This document shows, one piece after another, positions 28,543-36,497 of a DNA stretch of 64,000 bases. The stretch comes from Thermodesulfovibrionia bacterium (GTDB taxonomy: Bacteria > Nitrospirota > Thermodesulfovibrionia > UBA6902): contig JBCKZY010000003.1 of the NCBI GenBank assembly GCA_038918635.1, positions 6,073 through 70,072 on the forward strand, given 5' to 3'. The notes under the pieces are model-generated. The model saw nothing but the letters and a program-made list of their open reading frames with translations. It was not told the origin of the DNA and did no database searches. The position numbers and the translations under genes are program-made. Every line of letters starts with the position of its first letter. Position 1 is the first letter of the stretch.

Positions 28543-29342
28543 TGGAATTTACCGAGGAACAGTTAAAGAGGTACAGCAGACATATTATACTTCCGGAGGT
28601 TGGTGGAAAGGGTCAGAGAAAAATATCCGGGGCAAAGGTGCTTATTGTCGGAGCCGGGGGGCTTGGCTGTCCTGTCGGCTACTTTCTGGCGGCGGCAGGG
28701 GTAGGGACTCTGGCGCTTGTTGACAATGACATTGTTGAACTCAGTAATCTGCAGAGACAGATAGCTCATAACACAAAGACAATCGGAATGAATAAAGCTG
28801 AATCCGCCAAAATAACATTTGAGACTTTAAATCCGGATGTTAACGTCGTCCCGGTTAAGGAGAGGATCAATAGCAGGAATATACTTGATATCTTCAATGG
28901 ATATGATATCATTGTTGACGGGACTGATAATTTCCCCACCAGGTACCTTATAAATGATGCCTGTGTAATGCTTAAAAAACCTCTTGTGAGCGGAGCCATC
29001 CTGAGGTTTGAAGGACAGGTCACAACTATAGTGCCGAATGATGGTCCCTGCTACAGGTGCCTGTTTGAAGAACCCCCGCCGCCGGGTCTCGTCCCATCAT
29101 GTCAGGAGGCAGGGGTGCTAGGGGTTCTACCGGGTATAATAGGGGGGCTGCAGGCAACCGAGGTGCTAAAGCTGATATTGGGGAAAGGGAAACCTCTCAA
29201 GGGTGAACTGCTCATCTATAACGCACTTGAAACAAACTTCAGGAAGGTAAAGATACCAAAAAATCCTGATTGTAATATGTGCGGGAAAAACCCGAAGATC
29301 ACGGAACTGAAGGAATATACAGAAGAGTACTGCGGTATTTAG
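28542..29342 (+). CDS. ThiF/MoeB/HesA-family adenylyltransferase (E1-like)
   Basis: The nucleotide loop GAGGLGCP and the motif VDNDIVELSNLQRQ. Two CxxC pairs are present (CYRC, CNMC), and there is no rhodanese domain. The ATG overlaps the tusA-like TGA (TGATG). Confidence 0.85.
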   Translation: MEFTEEQLKRYSRHIILPEVGGKGQRKISGAKVLIVGAGGLGCPVGYFLAAAGVGTLALVDNDIVELSNLQRQIAHNTKTIGMNKAESAKITFETLNPDVNVVPVKERINSRNILDIFNGYDIIVDGTDNFPTRYLINDACVMLKKPLVSGAILRFEGQVTTIVPNDGPCYRCLFEEPPPPGLVPSCQEAGVLGVLPGIIGGLQATEVLKLILGKGKPLKGELLIYNALETNFRKVKIPKNPDCNMCGKNPKITELKEYTEEYCGI

Positions 29343-29471
29343 CCACAGATTTACGCAGATATAAAAAGTGATAATTTAATAATAGAGAATTAACAAAGAC
29401 TTAATTTCTAACATATTTCTTGTGGTGAATTGGTAAATTGTTGTTATTGAATCAGTGGAAATCCGTGGCTA
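29340..29471. repeat. TAGCCAC...GTGGCTA hairpin element
   Basis: TAGCCACAGATTTACGCAGAT ... GAATCAGTGGAAATCCGTGGCTAA. Its first three bases are the stop codon of the thiF/moeB-like gene. Confidence 0.7.
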
Positions 29472-29493
29472 AAAAAGGTAATAGGAGGATAAG

Positions 29494-30729
29494 GTGTCGT
29501 TTGTAAAAGGACTTAAATGCAGGGAATGCGGCAGGGAATATGATATAGCCCCTGTTTACGTGTGCGAGTTCTGTTTCGGGCCTCTTGAGGTTGTATATGA
29601 TTACGATGGTATAGGAAAATCGCTGACAAGAGAAATTATAGCTTCAAGGCCTGAAAACCTCTGGCGTTACAGGGAACTGCTGCCTGTTGATGGGGAACCG
29701 TCATGCGCGCTGAATGCCGGATTTACTCCTCTGGTAAAAGCAGATAACCTGGCCAGACATCTTGGAATTAAGTCTTTATATATTAAGGATGATACAGTAG
29801 TGCATCCATCTCTCTCTTTCAAGGACAGGGTTGTTGCTGTAGCGTTAACAAAGGCCAGGGAATTCGGCTTTGATACAGTCGCCTGTGCTTCTACAGGCAA
29901 TCTTGCGCATTCGGTCTCTGCAAATGGCGCGGCGGCAGGCTTTAAACGTTTTATTTTTATTCCCGCTTCTCTTGAACAGAGCAAGATAACAGCCTCTCTT
30001 GTATATGAACCTAATCTGATTGCCGTAGATGGCAACTACGATGAAGTTAACAGGCTCTGCAGTGAGGTCGCGAACAAGTACCGCTGGGCATTTGTAAATA
30101 TAAATATCAGGCCGTTCTACGCGGAAGGATCAAAGACTCAGGGGTTTGAGATCGCGGAGCAGCTTGGCTGGCGTCTCCCTGATGCTATTGTAGTACCCTG
30201 TGCAAGCGGTTCATTACTTACAAAGGTCTGGAAGAGTTTCAAGGAGCTGAATCAGATTGGGTTGATCGACGGATTGAAAACGAGGGTCTTTGCGGCGCAG
30301 GCAACCGGCTGTTCACCGATTGTTACCGCTATTAAACAGGGAATAGATGTTATAAAGCCCGTAAAGCCTGATACTATAGCTAAATCACTTGCTATTGGTA
30401 ATCCAGCCGACGGTTATTACGCGACTAAAGTAATAACTGAGAGCGGCGGGTTTGGTGAGGATGCTTCGGATGCCGAGATTATTGAAGGGATAAGGCTTCT
30501 CGCAAGGACTGAGGGGATTTTTGCCGAGACCGCTGGAGGAGTTACACTGGCATCGGCAATTAAGCTTATAGAGAGCGGTCACATTGACAGGGAAGGAACT
30601 ACTGTACTGTGTATAACGGGTAACGGGCTGAAGACACAGGAAGCTCTCAGCGGACATACGGTAAGTCCGCATTACATTAAGCCTAATATGGATTCATTTG
30701 AGGAAGTTTTGAAAAAAATAAATCATTAG
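29494..30729 (+). CDS. threonine-synthase-fold PLP enzyme with N-terminal zinc ribbon (ThrC paralog; candidate sulfur-carrier-dependent homocysteine/cysteine synthase)
   Basis: Zinc ribbon CRECGREY...CEFC. The PLP lysine context is SLSFKDRVVAV. It is 411 aa with a GTG start and an AGGAGG RBS, and a canonical thrC lies 1.2 kb downstream. Confidence 0.8.
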   Translation: MSFVKGLKCRECGREYDIAPVYVCEFCFGPLEVVYDYDGIGKSLTREIIASRPENLWRYRELLPVDGEPSCALNAGFTPLVKADNLARHLGIKSLYIKDDTVVHPSLSFKDRVVAVALTKAREFGFDTVACASTGNLAHSVSANGAAAGFKRFIFIPASLEQSKITASLVYEPNLIAVDGNYDEVNRLCSEVANKYRWAFVNINIRPFYAEGSKTQGFEIAEQLGWRLPDAIVVPCASGSLLTKVWKSFKELNQIGLIDGLKTRVFAAQATGCSPIVTAIKQGIDVIKPVKPDTIAKSLAIGNPADGYYATKVITESGGFGEDASDAEIIEGIRLLARTEGIFAETAGGVTLASAIKLIESGHIDREGTTVLCITGNGLKTQEALSGHTVSPHYIKPNMDSFEEVLKKINH

Positions 30730-31132
30730 CCACTGACTCACACAGACCTGAAAATATATGAATAAGATGACATAAAAACAAAGATTGACAATCTCGTAAA
30801 AAGTCTTGTTTCCCCTCCCCTGTCGGAGCGACCCTTCGCGGAGACCCGCTTCGGGGTGGGAGGGGATTAAGGGGAGGGGATTAAGGGGAGGGGATTAAGG
30901 GGAGGGGGATATAAGTATTTGAAATAAAACCTTTTTCACCCTCACCCCAACCCTCTCCCCGACAAAAGACTCGGGACAGGCCCGTCAAGGGAGAGGGGGT
31001 TGTTGGACTTTTTACGAGTTTATCAAAGATTAATTTTTATCATAATTTTGTTTTAGATTGGTAAATGTCTGTTATTTAGTCAGTGCAAATCTGTGGCTAA
31101 TTTGTTATTGAATCAGTGAAAATCTGTGGCAG
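30727..31132. repeat. TAGCCAC...GTGGCTA hairpin element split by a nested family-A MITE
   Basis: The left arm TAGCCACTGACTCACACAGACCTG begins with the stop codon of the ThrC paralog. The right arms are CAGTGCAAATCTGTGGCTAA and GAATCAGTGAAAATCTGTGGCAG. The TIR-bounded element 30790-31024 sits inside. Confidence 0.65.
30790..31024. mobile_element. MITE-like element, family A copy 2 (with internal tandem expansion)
   Basis: It has the same ends and core as 904-1088, plus three tandem GATTAAGGGGAGGG units and an extra CCGACAAAAGACTCGGGACAGG module. Confidence 0.75.
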
Positions 31133-31160
31133 AAAAACAGTTTTTAAGGAGGATAACCAT

Positions 31161-31433
31161 ATGTCTGTTAAGGTAAAAGTCCCTGTACCTCTTCAGCGCT
31201 TAACTGAGGGCAAAGAAGAAGTGGAGGGTGAAAAAGGCACAATCATAGCGCTTATCGAAGAGCTTGATCAGAAATATCCCGGTCTTGCAGAGAGGATATC
31301 AGAGGGTGGCAAGCTGAGAAGGTTTGTTAACGTTTATGTGAATGAGGAAGATGTGAGGTTTCTTAATAATGAAGCCACATCCGTTGATGACGGAGATGTG
31401 GTCTCTATTGTACCTGCGATTGCAGGAGGTTAA
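31161..31433 (+). CDS. CysO/MoaD/ThiS-family ubiquitin-like sulfur carrier protein ending in Gly-Gly
   Basis: 90 aa. The segment KLRRFVNVYVNEEDVRF...DGDVVSIVPAIAGG-stop follows the pattern I recall for mycobacterial CysO. The likely start is MSVKVKV at 31161, preceded by an AGGAGG RBS. Confidence 0.85.
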   Translation: MSVKVKVPVPLQRLTEGKEEVEGEKGTIIALIEELDQKYPGLAERISEGGKLRRFVNVYVNEEDVRFLNNEATSVDDGDVVSIVPAIAGG

Positions 31434-31482
31434 CGGGTTGATTTTACTTATTCTTAAAAAAAATCTTATAGATGCAAGATCA

Positions 31483-31631
31483 TACACTCGTAAAAAAATC
31501 ATGGGATGGCTAAGTAAAAATTTCGATATACAAGGCGTAGTGTATTATTAAAGCCGAGACTATACATATAGTATGTCGAGGATTTCAAAATGCGCTACAA
31601 CGCAGTAGATCGGACTTTTTACGACGCCATC
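31483..31631. mobile_element. MITE-like element, family B copy 3
   Basis: Near-identical to the other two copies. It is inserted between the sulfur-carrier gene and the NIL-domain gene. Confidence 0.8.
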
Positions 31632-31665
31632 AAAGATTATTAATCAGTATTTCCGGGGGGCAGTA

Positions 31666-31902
31666 ATGAAGAAAAGGGTGAAGCTTACTTTTCCACAGAA
31701 CTTGATCAAGGAGCCGGTTATCTTCAACATGGCCAAAAACTTTGATATCATGCCAAATATTAGAAGGGCCCGTGTGACCGAGACAGTCGGGGAGATGATT
31801 CTTGAGCTTGAGGGTTCTGAAGATAACCTCAATAATGGGGTGGACTTTCTCAAAGAGCAGGGAGTAGTTGTAGAATCTGCTGAAGGCGACATTGTAGAGT
31901 AA
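31666..31902 (+). CDS. stand-alone NIL domain protein
   Basis: 78 aa. The segment [33 protein letters not shown]...GEMILELEG follows the NIL (MetN C-terminal-type) pattern. The stop lies 1 nt before the thrC start. Confidence 0.75.
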   Translation: MKKRVKLTFPQNLIKEPVIFNMAKNFDIMPNIRRARVTETVGEMILELEGSEDNLNNGVDFLKEQGVVVESAEGDIVE

Positions 31903-31903
31903 T

Positions 31904-32971
31904 ATGGATATGTGGCCCGGACTGATCGAGAAATACAGGGACTTACTTCCTGTAACAGATAGAACCCCTATTATTACCCTTTTTGAAGGTAATACCCCTT
32001 TACTGAAGGCAGTTAATACAGACGATCTGTTTCCAGTGGGCTTTGATCTTTACTTCAAATATGATGGCGCTAACCCAACCGGTTCATTTAAAGACAGGGG
32101 GATGACTCTTGCCATCTCAAAGGCGATGGAGTCCGGGTCGGAAGCTGTGATATGTGCTTCAACCGGGAACACCTCAGCGTCCGCGTCTGCCTATGCCGCG
32201 AAAGCCGGCATCTCTACGATCGTTCTGATCCCTGAAGGGAAGATTGCAATGGGCAAGCTAGCTCAGGCGATGATCCATGGGGCCATGGTACTGCAGTTAG
32301 ACGGTAATTTCGATGAAGCGTTAAGAATTGTTAAAGAGATTGTGGAGAAACATCCTATAGAGCTGGTTAATTCATTAAACCCTTTCAGGATAGAGGGGCA
32401 GAAGACAGCAGCTTTTGAGATCTGTGATCAGCTTGGAGATGCCCCTACTTACCATGTTCTTCCGGTTGGAAATGCCGGTAACATAACAGCTTACTGGAAG
32501 GGTTATAAGGAATATCATAATACCGGCAGGACCGCTAAGCTTCCGGTGATGCTTGGTTTTCAGGCATCTGGATCAGCTCCTATCGTTAAAGGACATCCTG
32601 TTGAAAATCCTGAAACAGTAGCAACGGCTATAAGAATAGGAAACCCTGCAAGCTGGCAGGGCGCGGTCAAAGCAAGAGATGAGTCCGGAGGTTTAATAGA
32701 ATCCGTTACTGACGAAGAGATCCTTGACGCGTATAAATTCCTCGCGACAAAGCAGGGGATATTCTGTGAACCTGCATCAGCTGCTTCTCTTGCCGGGGTG
32801 ATAAAACTATCTAAGAATAATTATTTCAAAGACGGAGAGACTGTTGTATGCACCCTGACCGGAAACGGTTTAAAAGACCCTGATAATGCGATTAAGATAT
32901 CGGAGCCGCCGATTAAGGTCAAGGCGAACCTGACGGATGTTGAGGATGTTTTGCGAGGCTGCTGTATATAA
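31904..32971 (+). CDS. thrC: threonine synthase
   Basis: 355 aa of the short bacterial type, with the PLP lysine in [12 protein letters not shown]. Confidence 0.9.
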   Translation: MDMWPGLIEKYRDLLPVTDRTPIITLFEGNTPLLKAVNTDDLFPVGFDLYFKYDGANPTGSFKDRGMTLAISKAMESGSEAVICASTGNTSASASAYAAKAGISTIVLIPEGKIAMGKLAQAMIHGAMVLQLDGNFDEALRIVKEIVEKHPIELVNSLNPFRIEGQKTAAFEICDQLGDAPTYHVLPVGNAGNITAYWKGYKEYHNTGRTAKLPVMLGFQASGSAPIVKGHPVENPETVATAIRIGNPASWQGAVKARDESGGLIESVTDEEILDAYKFLATKQGIFCEPASAASLAGVIKLSKNNYFKDGETVVCTLTGNGLKDPDNAIKISEPPIKVKANLTDVEDVLRGCCI

Positions 32972-33065
32972 TAGTTTAAATCCCCGCCTTATTCCGCTCG
33001 GAAGTGCAACACTATCTGATTAATCAAGAGAATTCCTCGATGCTCTGCATTGGGGTTAATCCAAT

Positions 33066-33215
33066 TTCCCTCCCCCTTGACGGGCCTGTCCCGAGTCTTT
33101 TATCGGGGGGAGGGTTAGGGTGGGGGTGTTTTATAAATTATTTCATCCCCTTCCCCTTAATCCCCTCCCGTCCCGAAGCGGGTCTCCGCAAAGGGTCGCT
33201 CCGACAAGGGAGGGG
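33066..33215. repeat. family-A MITE core, inverted orientation, lacking recognisable TIRs
   Basis: It matches the reverse complement of the 904-1088 core (CCCTTGACGGG ... CCCCTTAATCCCCTCCC ... CCGAAGCGGGTCTCCGC ... GGTCGCTCCGACA). Confidence 0.65.
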
Positions 33216-33300
33216 AGATACCTCGTCCCGATTCATCGGGACTGCGAGGTAGTTCATTTGAAATTATCCAAATACTTATCATTTTGCTATAATTCGAGAT

Positions 33301-33687
33301 ATGGCGGGGATGAAGGTTAACCTGACAGTTATAGAGGGGCCTGAAAAGGGCAAATCATTTACCTTTGATGAACCTGAGAATTTTCTACTCGGTAGAAGCG
33401 CGCAGGCAAGCAAAGCGCATCTTTGTCTGAGTCCTGATGATACCTATGTCTCCCGGAATCATTTTCTCCTGGAGATAAATCCGCCTGATTGTTTTATCCG
33501 AGATGCCGGAAGCCTTAACGGAACGTTTATTGTGAGGCACTCTGATAAAACAGTCTTTTATATATCCGGTCGCAGTGATGACAAAGAATACTATGGCTTG
33601 ATTGACTTTTCTGTTAATCCCAATACCCCCCTGAAAGCAAAACATATTTTGTCATTCTCGCAAGCTAAGTGTCAGGAATCCTTTTAA
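33301..33687 (+). CDS. FHA-domain protein, probably a truncated remnant
   Basis: An FHA core is present (FLLGRS, SRNHFLLEI, DAGSLNGTFI). The expected C-terminal FHA strands are absent, and the last 12 codons are read from a GTCATTC...GGAATGAC repeat element (33651-33736). Confidence 0.6.
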   Translation: MAGMKVNLTVIEGPEKGKSFTFDEPENFLLGRSAQASKAHLCLSPDDTYVSRNHFLLEINPPDCFIRDAGSLNGTFIVRHSDKTVFYISGRSDDKEYYGLIDFSVNPNTPLKAKHILSFSQAKCQESF

Positions 33688-33882
33688 AGAACGATTCCCC
33701 CGAAACAACGGGGCAGGCTGGACAAGCCGGAATGACGGACAGTTACCACTCGTAACTGAAGGGTTACCCTTCCAGTTATTTTGCGGTTGAAATTCATCCA
33801 CTGAATGTTTAATAATATGGTATGATTTATCTGAATACTGAATATCAGAATTCAGAAAAAGGGACAAATAAGGAGGTTTGGA

Positions 33883-34170
33883 ATGGATACCATGAAAACT
33901 GCCATTGCAGAGATAAAGACTCGCGGCCAGTTGACCATCCCCAAGAAAATAAGAGAATCAAGTCATCTTGAAGAAGGACAGGTAGTCTCTATCATACCTG
34001 TGGGAGACTCTGTCATCATCACCCCGAAAAGGCTTGAGCTCGATGAGGCGCGAAGGCAGATCAGAAAGATAATGAAATCATCGGGGCTTTCAGCAAAAGA
34101 ACTGCTCAAAGGGATTGGAGAGGAGAGAGATCTGCTTTACAGGGAAATCTATGGCAAGAAAAAGCGTTAA
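33883..34170 (+). CDS. AbrB/MazE/SpoVT-family antitoxin
   Basis: SpoVT-AbrB swapped-hairpin motif TRGQLTIPKKIRESSHLEEGQVVSIIPVGDSVIITP. It overlaps the downstream PIN gene. Confidence 0.8.
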   Translation: MDTMKTAIAEIKTRGQLTIPKKIRESSHLEEGQVVSIIPVGDSVIITPKRLELDEARRQIRKIMKSSGLSAKELLKGIGEERDLLYREIYGKKKR

Positions 34171-34612
34171 GATCTTCCTTGATTCGAACGTCATCATATC
34201 GGGTCTTTTCTCTGATAAAGGGGCGCCCCGCATCATTCTCGACCTTTTATCGCTCGGACTTCCTCAGCTTACCGGGGCAACAGGGGAATATAATATCATT
34301 GAAATTGAGCGGAACCTGACAAAAAAGATGCCTGAGGCGCTTCCGGCTTATAGTAAATATCTTCCATTGCTGAACCTTGACATCCTACCTCTTCCCTCGT
34401 CAAGAGATATCGCTAAACTAAGCGGGACCACTTCCCAAAAAGATATCCCTGTCCTTGCTTCAGCCATCAATGGAAATGTTGATTTTCTCGTAACAGGGGA
34501 CAAAAAAGACTTTATCAATTTAAGAGGAAAATATTCATTTAAAATCCTGAGCCCTTCGGAATTCCTTGATATCATTCTTCCTGAGATACTCAAGGCTTTG
34601 GAGTCTGATTGA
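34151..34612 (+). CDS. PIN-domain toxin (PIN_3/TIGR00305-like)
   Basis: N-terminal acidic site IFLDSNVIISG and a C-terminal FLVTGDKKDF. The start MARKSV at 34151 overlaps the antitoxin gene by 20 nt. Confidence 0.75.
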   Translation: MARKSVKIFLDSNVIISGLFSDKGAPRIILDLLSLGLPQLTGATGEYNIIEIERNLTKKMPEALPAYSKYLPLLNLDILPLPSSRDIAKLSGTTSQKDIPVLASAINGNVDFLVTGDKKDFINLRGKYSFKILSPSEFLDIILPEILKALESD

Positions 34613-34724
34613 TGAAAAATCTTTCAATTGCCGCTGAAGTCGTCCGATGGATAGCAACTTCTAAAGCGGTTGATATAGAATATAATAGCGTCACGAAGAT
34701 ATTTGTTTGAGCGAGGGATATCTT

Positions 34725-35231
34725 TCCCCGATAAAACGGGACAGGCCGGCTTGTCCGGTCTCCTCAGGCGACTCGCCGAGGCGAGAATCTTGTTACATGA
34801 TGACTCCCGATAAACGGGAGTGACAATTGTTATGTAATATAGTAGAAAGAAATCCAGCCTTTCTTACTCAGCTAAAATGTCATATAGCCCTTCACTTTTG
34901 CTCATCATAAAAGTTAATATATCATTCATTTTAAAGTATTATTGCATTGAAAAATAATATGTACCCGAGCAAGCTATGGGGTATCAAATATGGTCATTCC
35001 CCGATTCATCCTTCGCAGTGCTACGGAGAATGGATAAACCCCCGAATAATCGGGACAGTCGGGACAGGCCCGAGGTTTGTTGATCGGGCCTGTCCCGACT
35101 TATTCGGGGAATCCAGATAATTATATTCTCTGGTTCCCCGCCGGAGTTTATCCCGTACTACGATACGGGGCGGGGACGACGTCTGGATACCCGCTGAAGT
35201 TTATCCCGAACTTTCGGGGCGGGTATGACGA
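34725..35231. repeat. cluster of short palindromic repeat modules (CCCGATAAAACGGGACAGGCC type; family-C modules)
   Basis: 34725-34824 and 34993-35231 contain the modules GTCATTCCCCGAT, CGGGACAGGCCCG and GGATACCCGC(C/T)G(G/A)AGTTTATCCCGAACTTTCGGGGCGGGTATGACGA, shared with 19360-19581. Confidence 0.65.
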
Positions 35232-35285
35232 ATGTGTCAAGCCATTGGGGTATTGACCCAGAAGATAAAATCAAGAGGGATTTAC

Positions 35286-36497
35286 ATGAAATACATAGTA
35301 CTGGTAGGCGATGGAATGGCGGACAGGCCTCTTAAGAAATTGGGCTATAAGACCTGCCTTCAAAAAGCCAAAACTCCTTATATGGACTGGCTTGCGTCAG
35401 AAGGAGAACCGGGAAAGGTCAGGACTATCCCAAAAGGGCTTGAACCCGGATCAGATGTTGCTAACCTCTCTATCCTTGGATATGATCCGTCGAGGTATTA
35501 TAGCGGAAGGGCCCCATTCGAGGCAGCCTTTCAGGGGATAAATCTTGACCCTGAAGACGTTGCTTTCAGGTGCAATCTTGTCACCCTGGAGTTTAAGAGA
35601 GCTAAAACGATAATGCGGGATTACAGTTCGGGACATATTACGACCGGGGAATCAAAGAAGCTGATACAGGAGATAGAGAGGAAACTGGGAAGCGGCAAGA
35701 TAACTTTCTTCCCCGGTGTAAGTTATCGCCATTTGATGATCTGGAAGAACGGGAAAGAGAAGATACACTGTACGCCTCCGCACGATATTTCCGGCAGGAA
35801 TATCAGTAAATATCTTCCAACGGGGAAGGGCGCTGATGTACTTTTGAACCTTATGACCGGGTCGGTAAAAATCCTTACGTCTCATCCCGTGAACTATAAA
35901 AGAGTAAAAAAAGGCTCTCCCCCCGCAAACAGTCTCTGGTTCTGGGGGCATGGCAGAAAATTGTCTATTCCAAAGTTCAAGGATAAATATAATCTTGAGG
36001 GCGCACTGATATCAGCTGTTGATCTGACAAAGGGTCTCGGTATCTGCGCGGGTTTTGATGTCTTGAACGTGAAAGGCGCGACCGGATATATTGATACTAA
36101 CTATATCGGCAAAGCCAGAGCGGCTTTGAGGGCTCTAAAAAAATATGACATAGTATATGTCCATGTTGAAGCTCCTGATGAGGCAGGTCATAGTGGAGAT
36201 ATCACAAATAAAATAAAGGCGATAGAGGACTTTGACTTAAAGGTTGTCGGGACTGTGCTTAAGGGCATGAAGAGATTTGAAGAGTATAGTATTTTGTTGC
36301 TGCCTGACCACGCAACTCCAATAAGCAAGATGACTCATACTGATGAACCTGTTCCATATGTAATTTACAGAAATACAGCGTCCTCAATAAAAAGAAACAG
36401 TAAAGCTAATGCGTTCACAGAATATATTTGCAGGATGAAGAATATCCCTGTTTTTGAAAAGGGGTATGAATTGATGGACTATTTTATAAGAAAATAG
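35286..36497 (+). CDS. cofactor-independent phosphoglycerate mutase homolog (archaeal apgM type); candidate non-orthologous homoserine kinase
   Basis: Alkaline-phosphatase-superfamily motifs: N-terminal VLVGDGMADRP and C-terminal VHVEAPDEAGHSGD and LLPDHATP. The start MKYIVL is at 35286. It lies between thrC and aspartate kinase. Confidence 0.7.
   Translation: MKYIVLVGDGMADRPLKKLGYKTCLQKAKTPYMDWLASEGEPGKVRTIPKGLEPGSDVANLSILGYDPSRYYSGRAPFEAAFQGINLDPEDVAFRCNLVTLEFKRAKTIMRDYSSGHITTGESKKLIQEIERKLGSGKITFFPGVSYRHLMIWKNGKEKIHCTPPHDISGRNISKYLPTGKGADVLLNLMTGSVKILTSHPVNYKRVKKGSPPANSLWFWGHGRKLSIPKFKDKYNLEGALISAVDLTKGLGICAGFDVLNVKGATGYIDTNYIGKARAALRALKKYDIVYVHVEAPDEAGHSGDITNKIKAIEDFDLKVVGTVLKGMKRFEEYSILLLPDHATPISKMTHTDEPVPYVIYRNTASSIKRNSKANAFTEYICRMKNIPVFEKGYELMDYFIRK

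Noticed and set aside
29494-30729. Calling the zinc-ribbon ThrC paralog a simple second threonine synthase or a cysteate synthase
   Set aside because: This is not excluded, since archaeal-type ThrC and cysteate synthase share the ribbon. However, its position between a ThiF-like enzyme and a CysO-like GG carrier, with a canonical thrC 1.2 kb away, makes a sulfur-incorporating role the better hypothesis. It is left as an alternative to test.
30850-30910. Tandem GATTAAGGGGAGGG x3 as an independent minisatellite or CRISPR-like feature
   Set aside because: It is an internal expansion of the family-A MITE; copy 904-1088 has a single unit.
33004-33320. ORFs 33004-33252 and 33120-33320 (Gly/Pro-rich peptides)
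   Set aside because: They are read-through of the inverted family-A MITE core. The same DNA occurs at 904-1088 and 30790-31024 in non-coding context.
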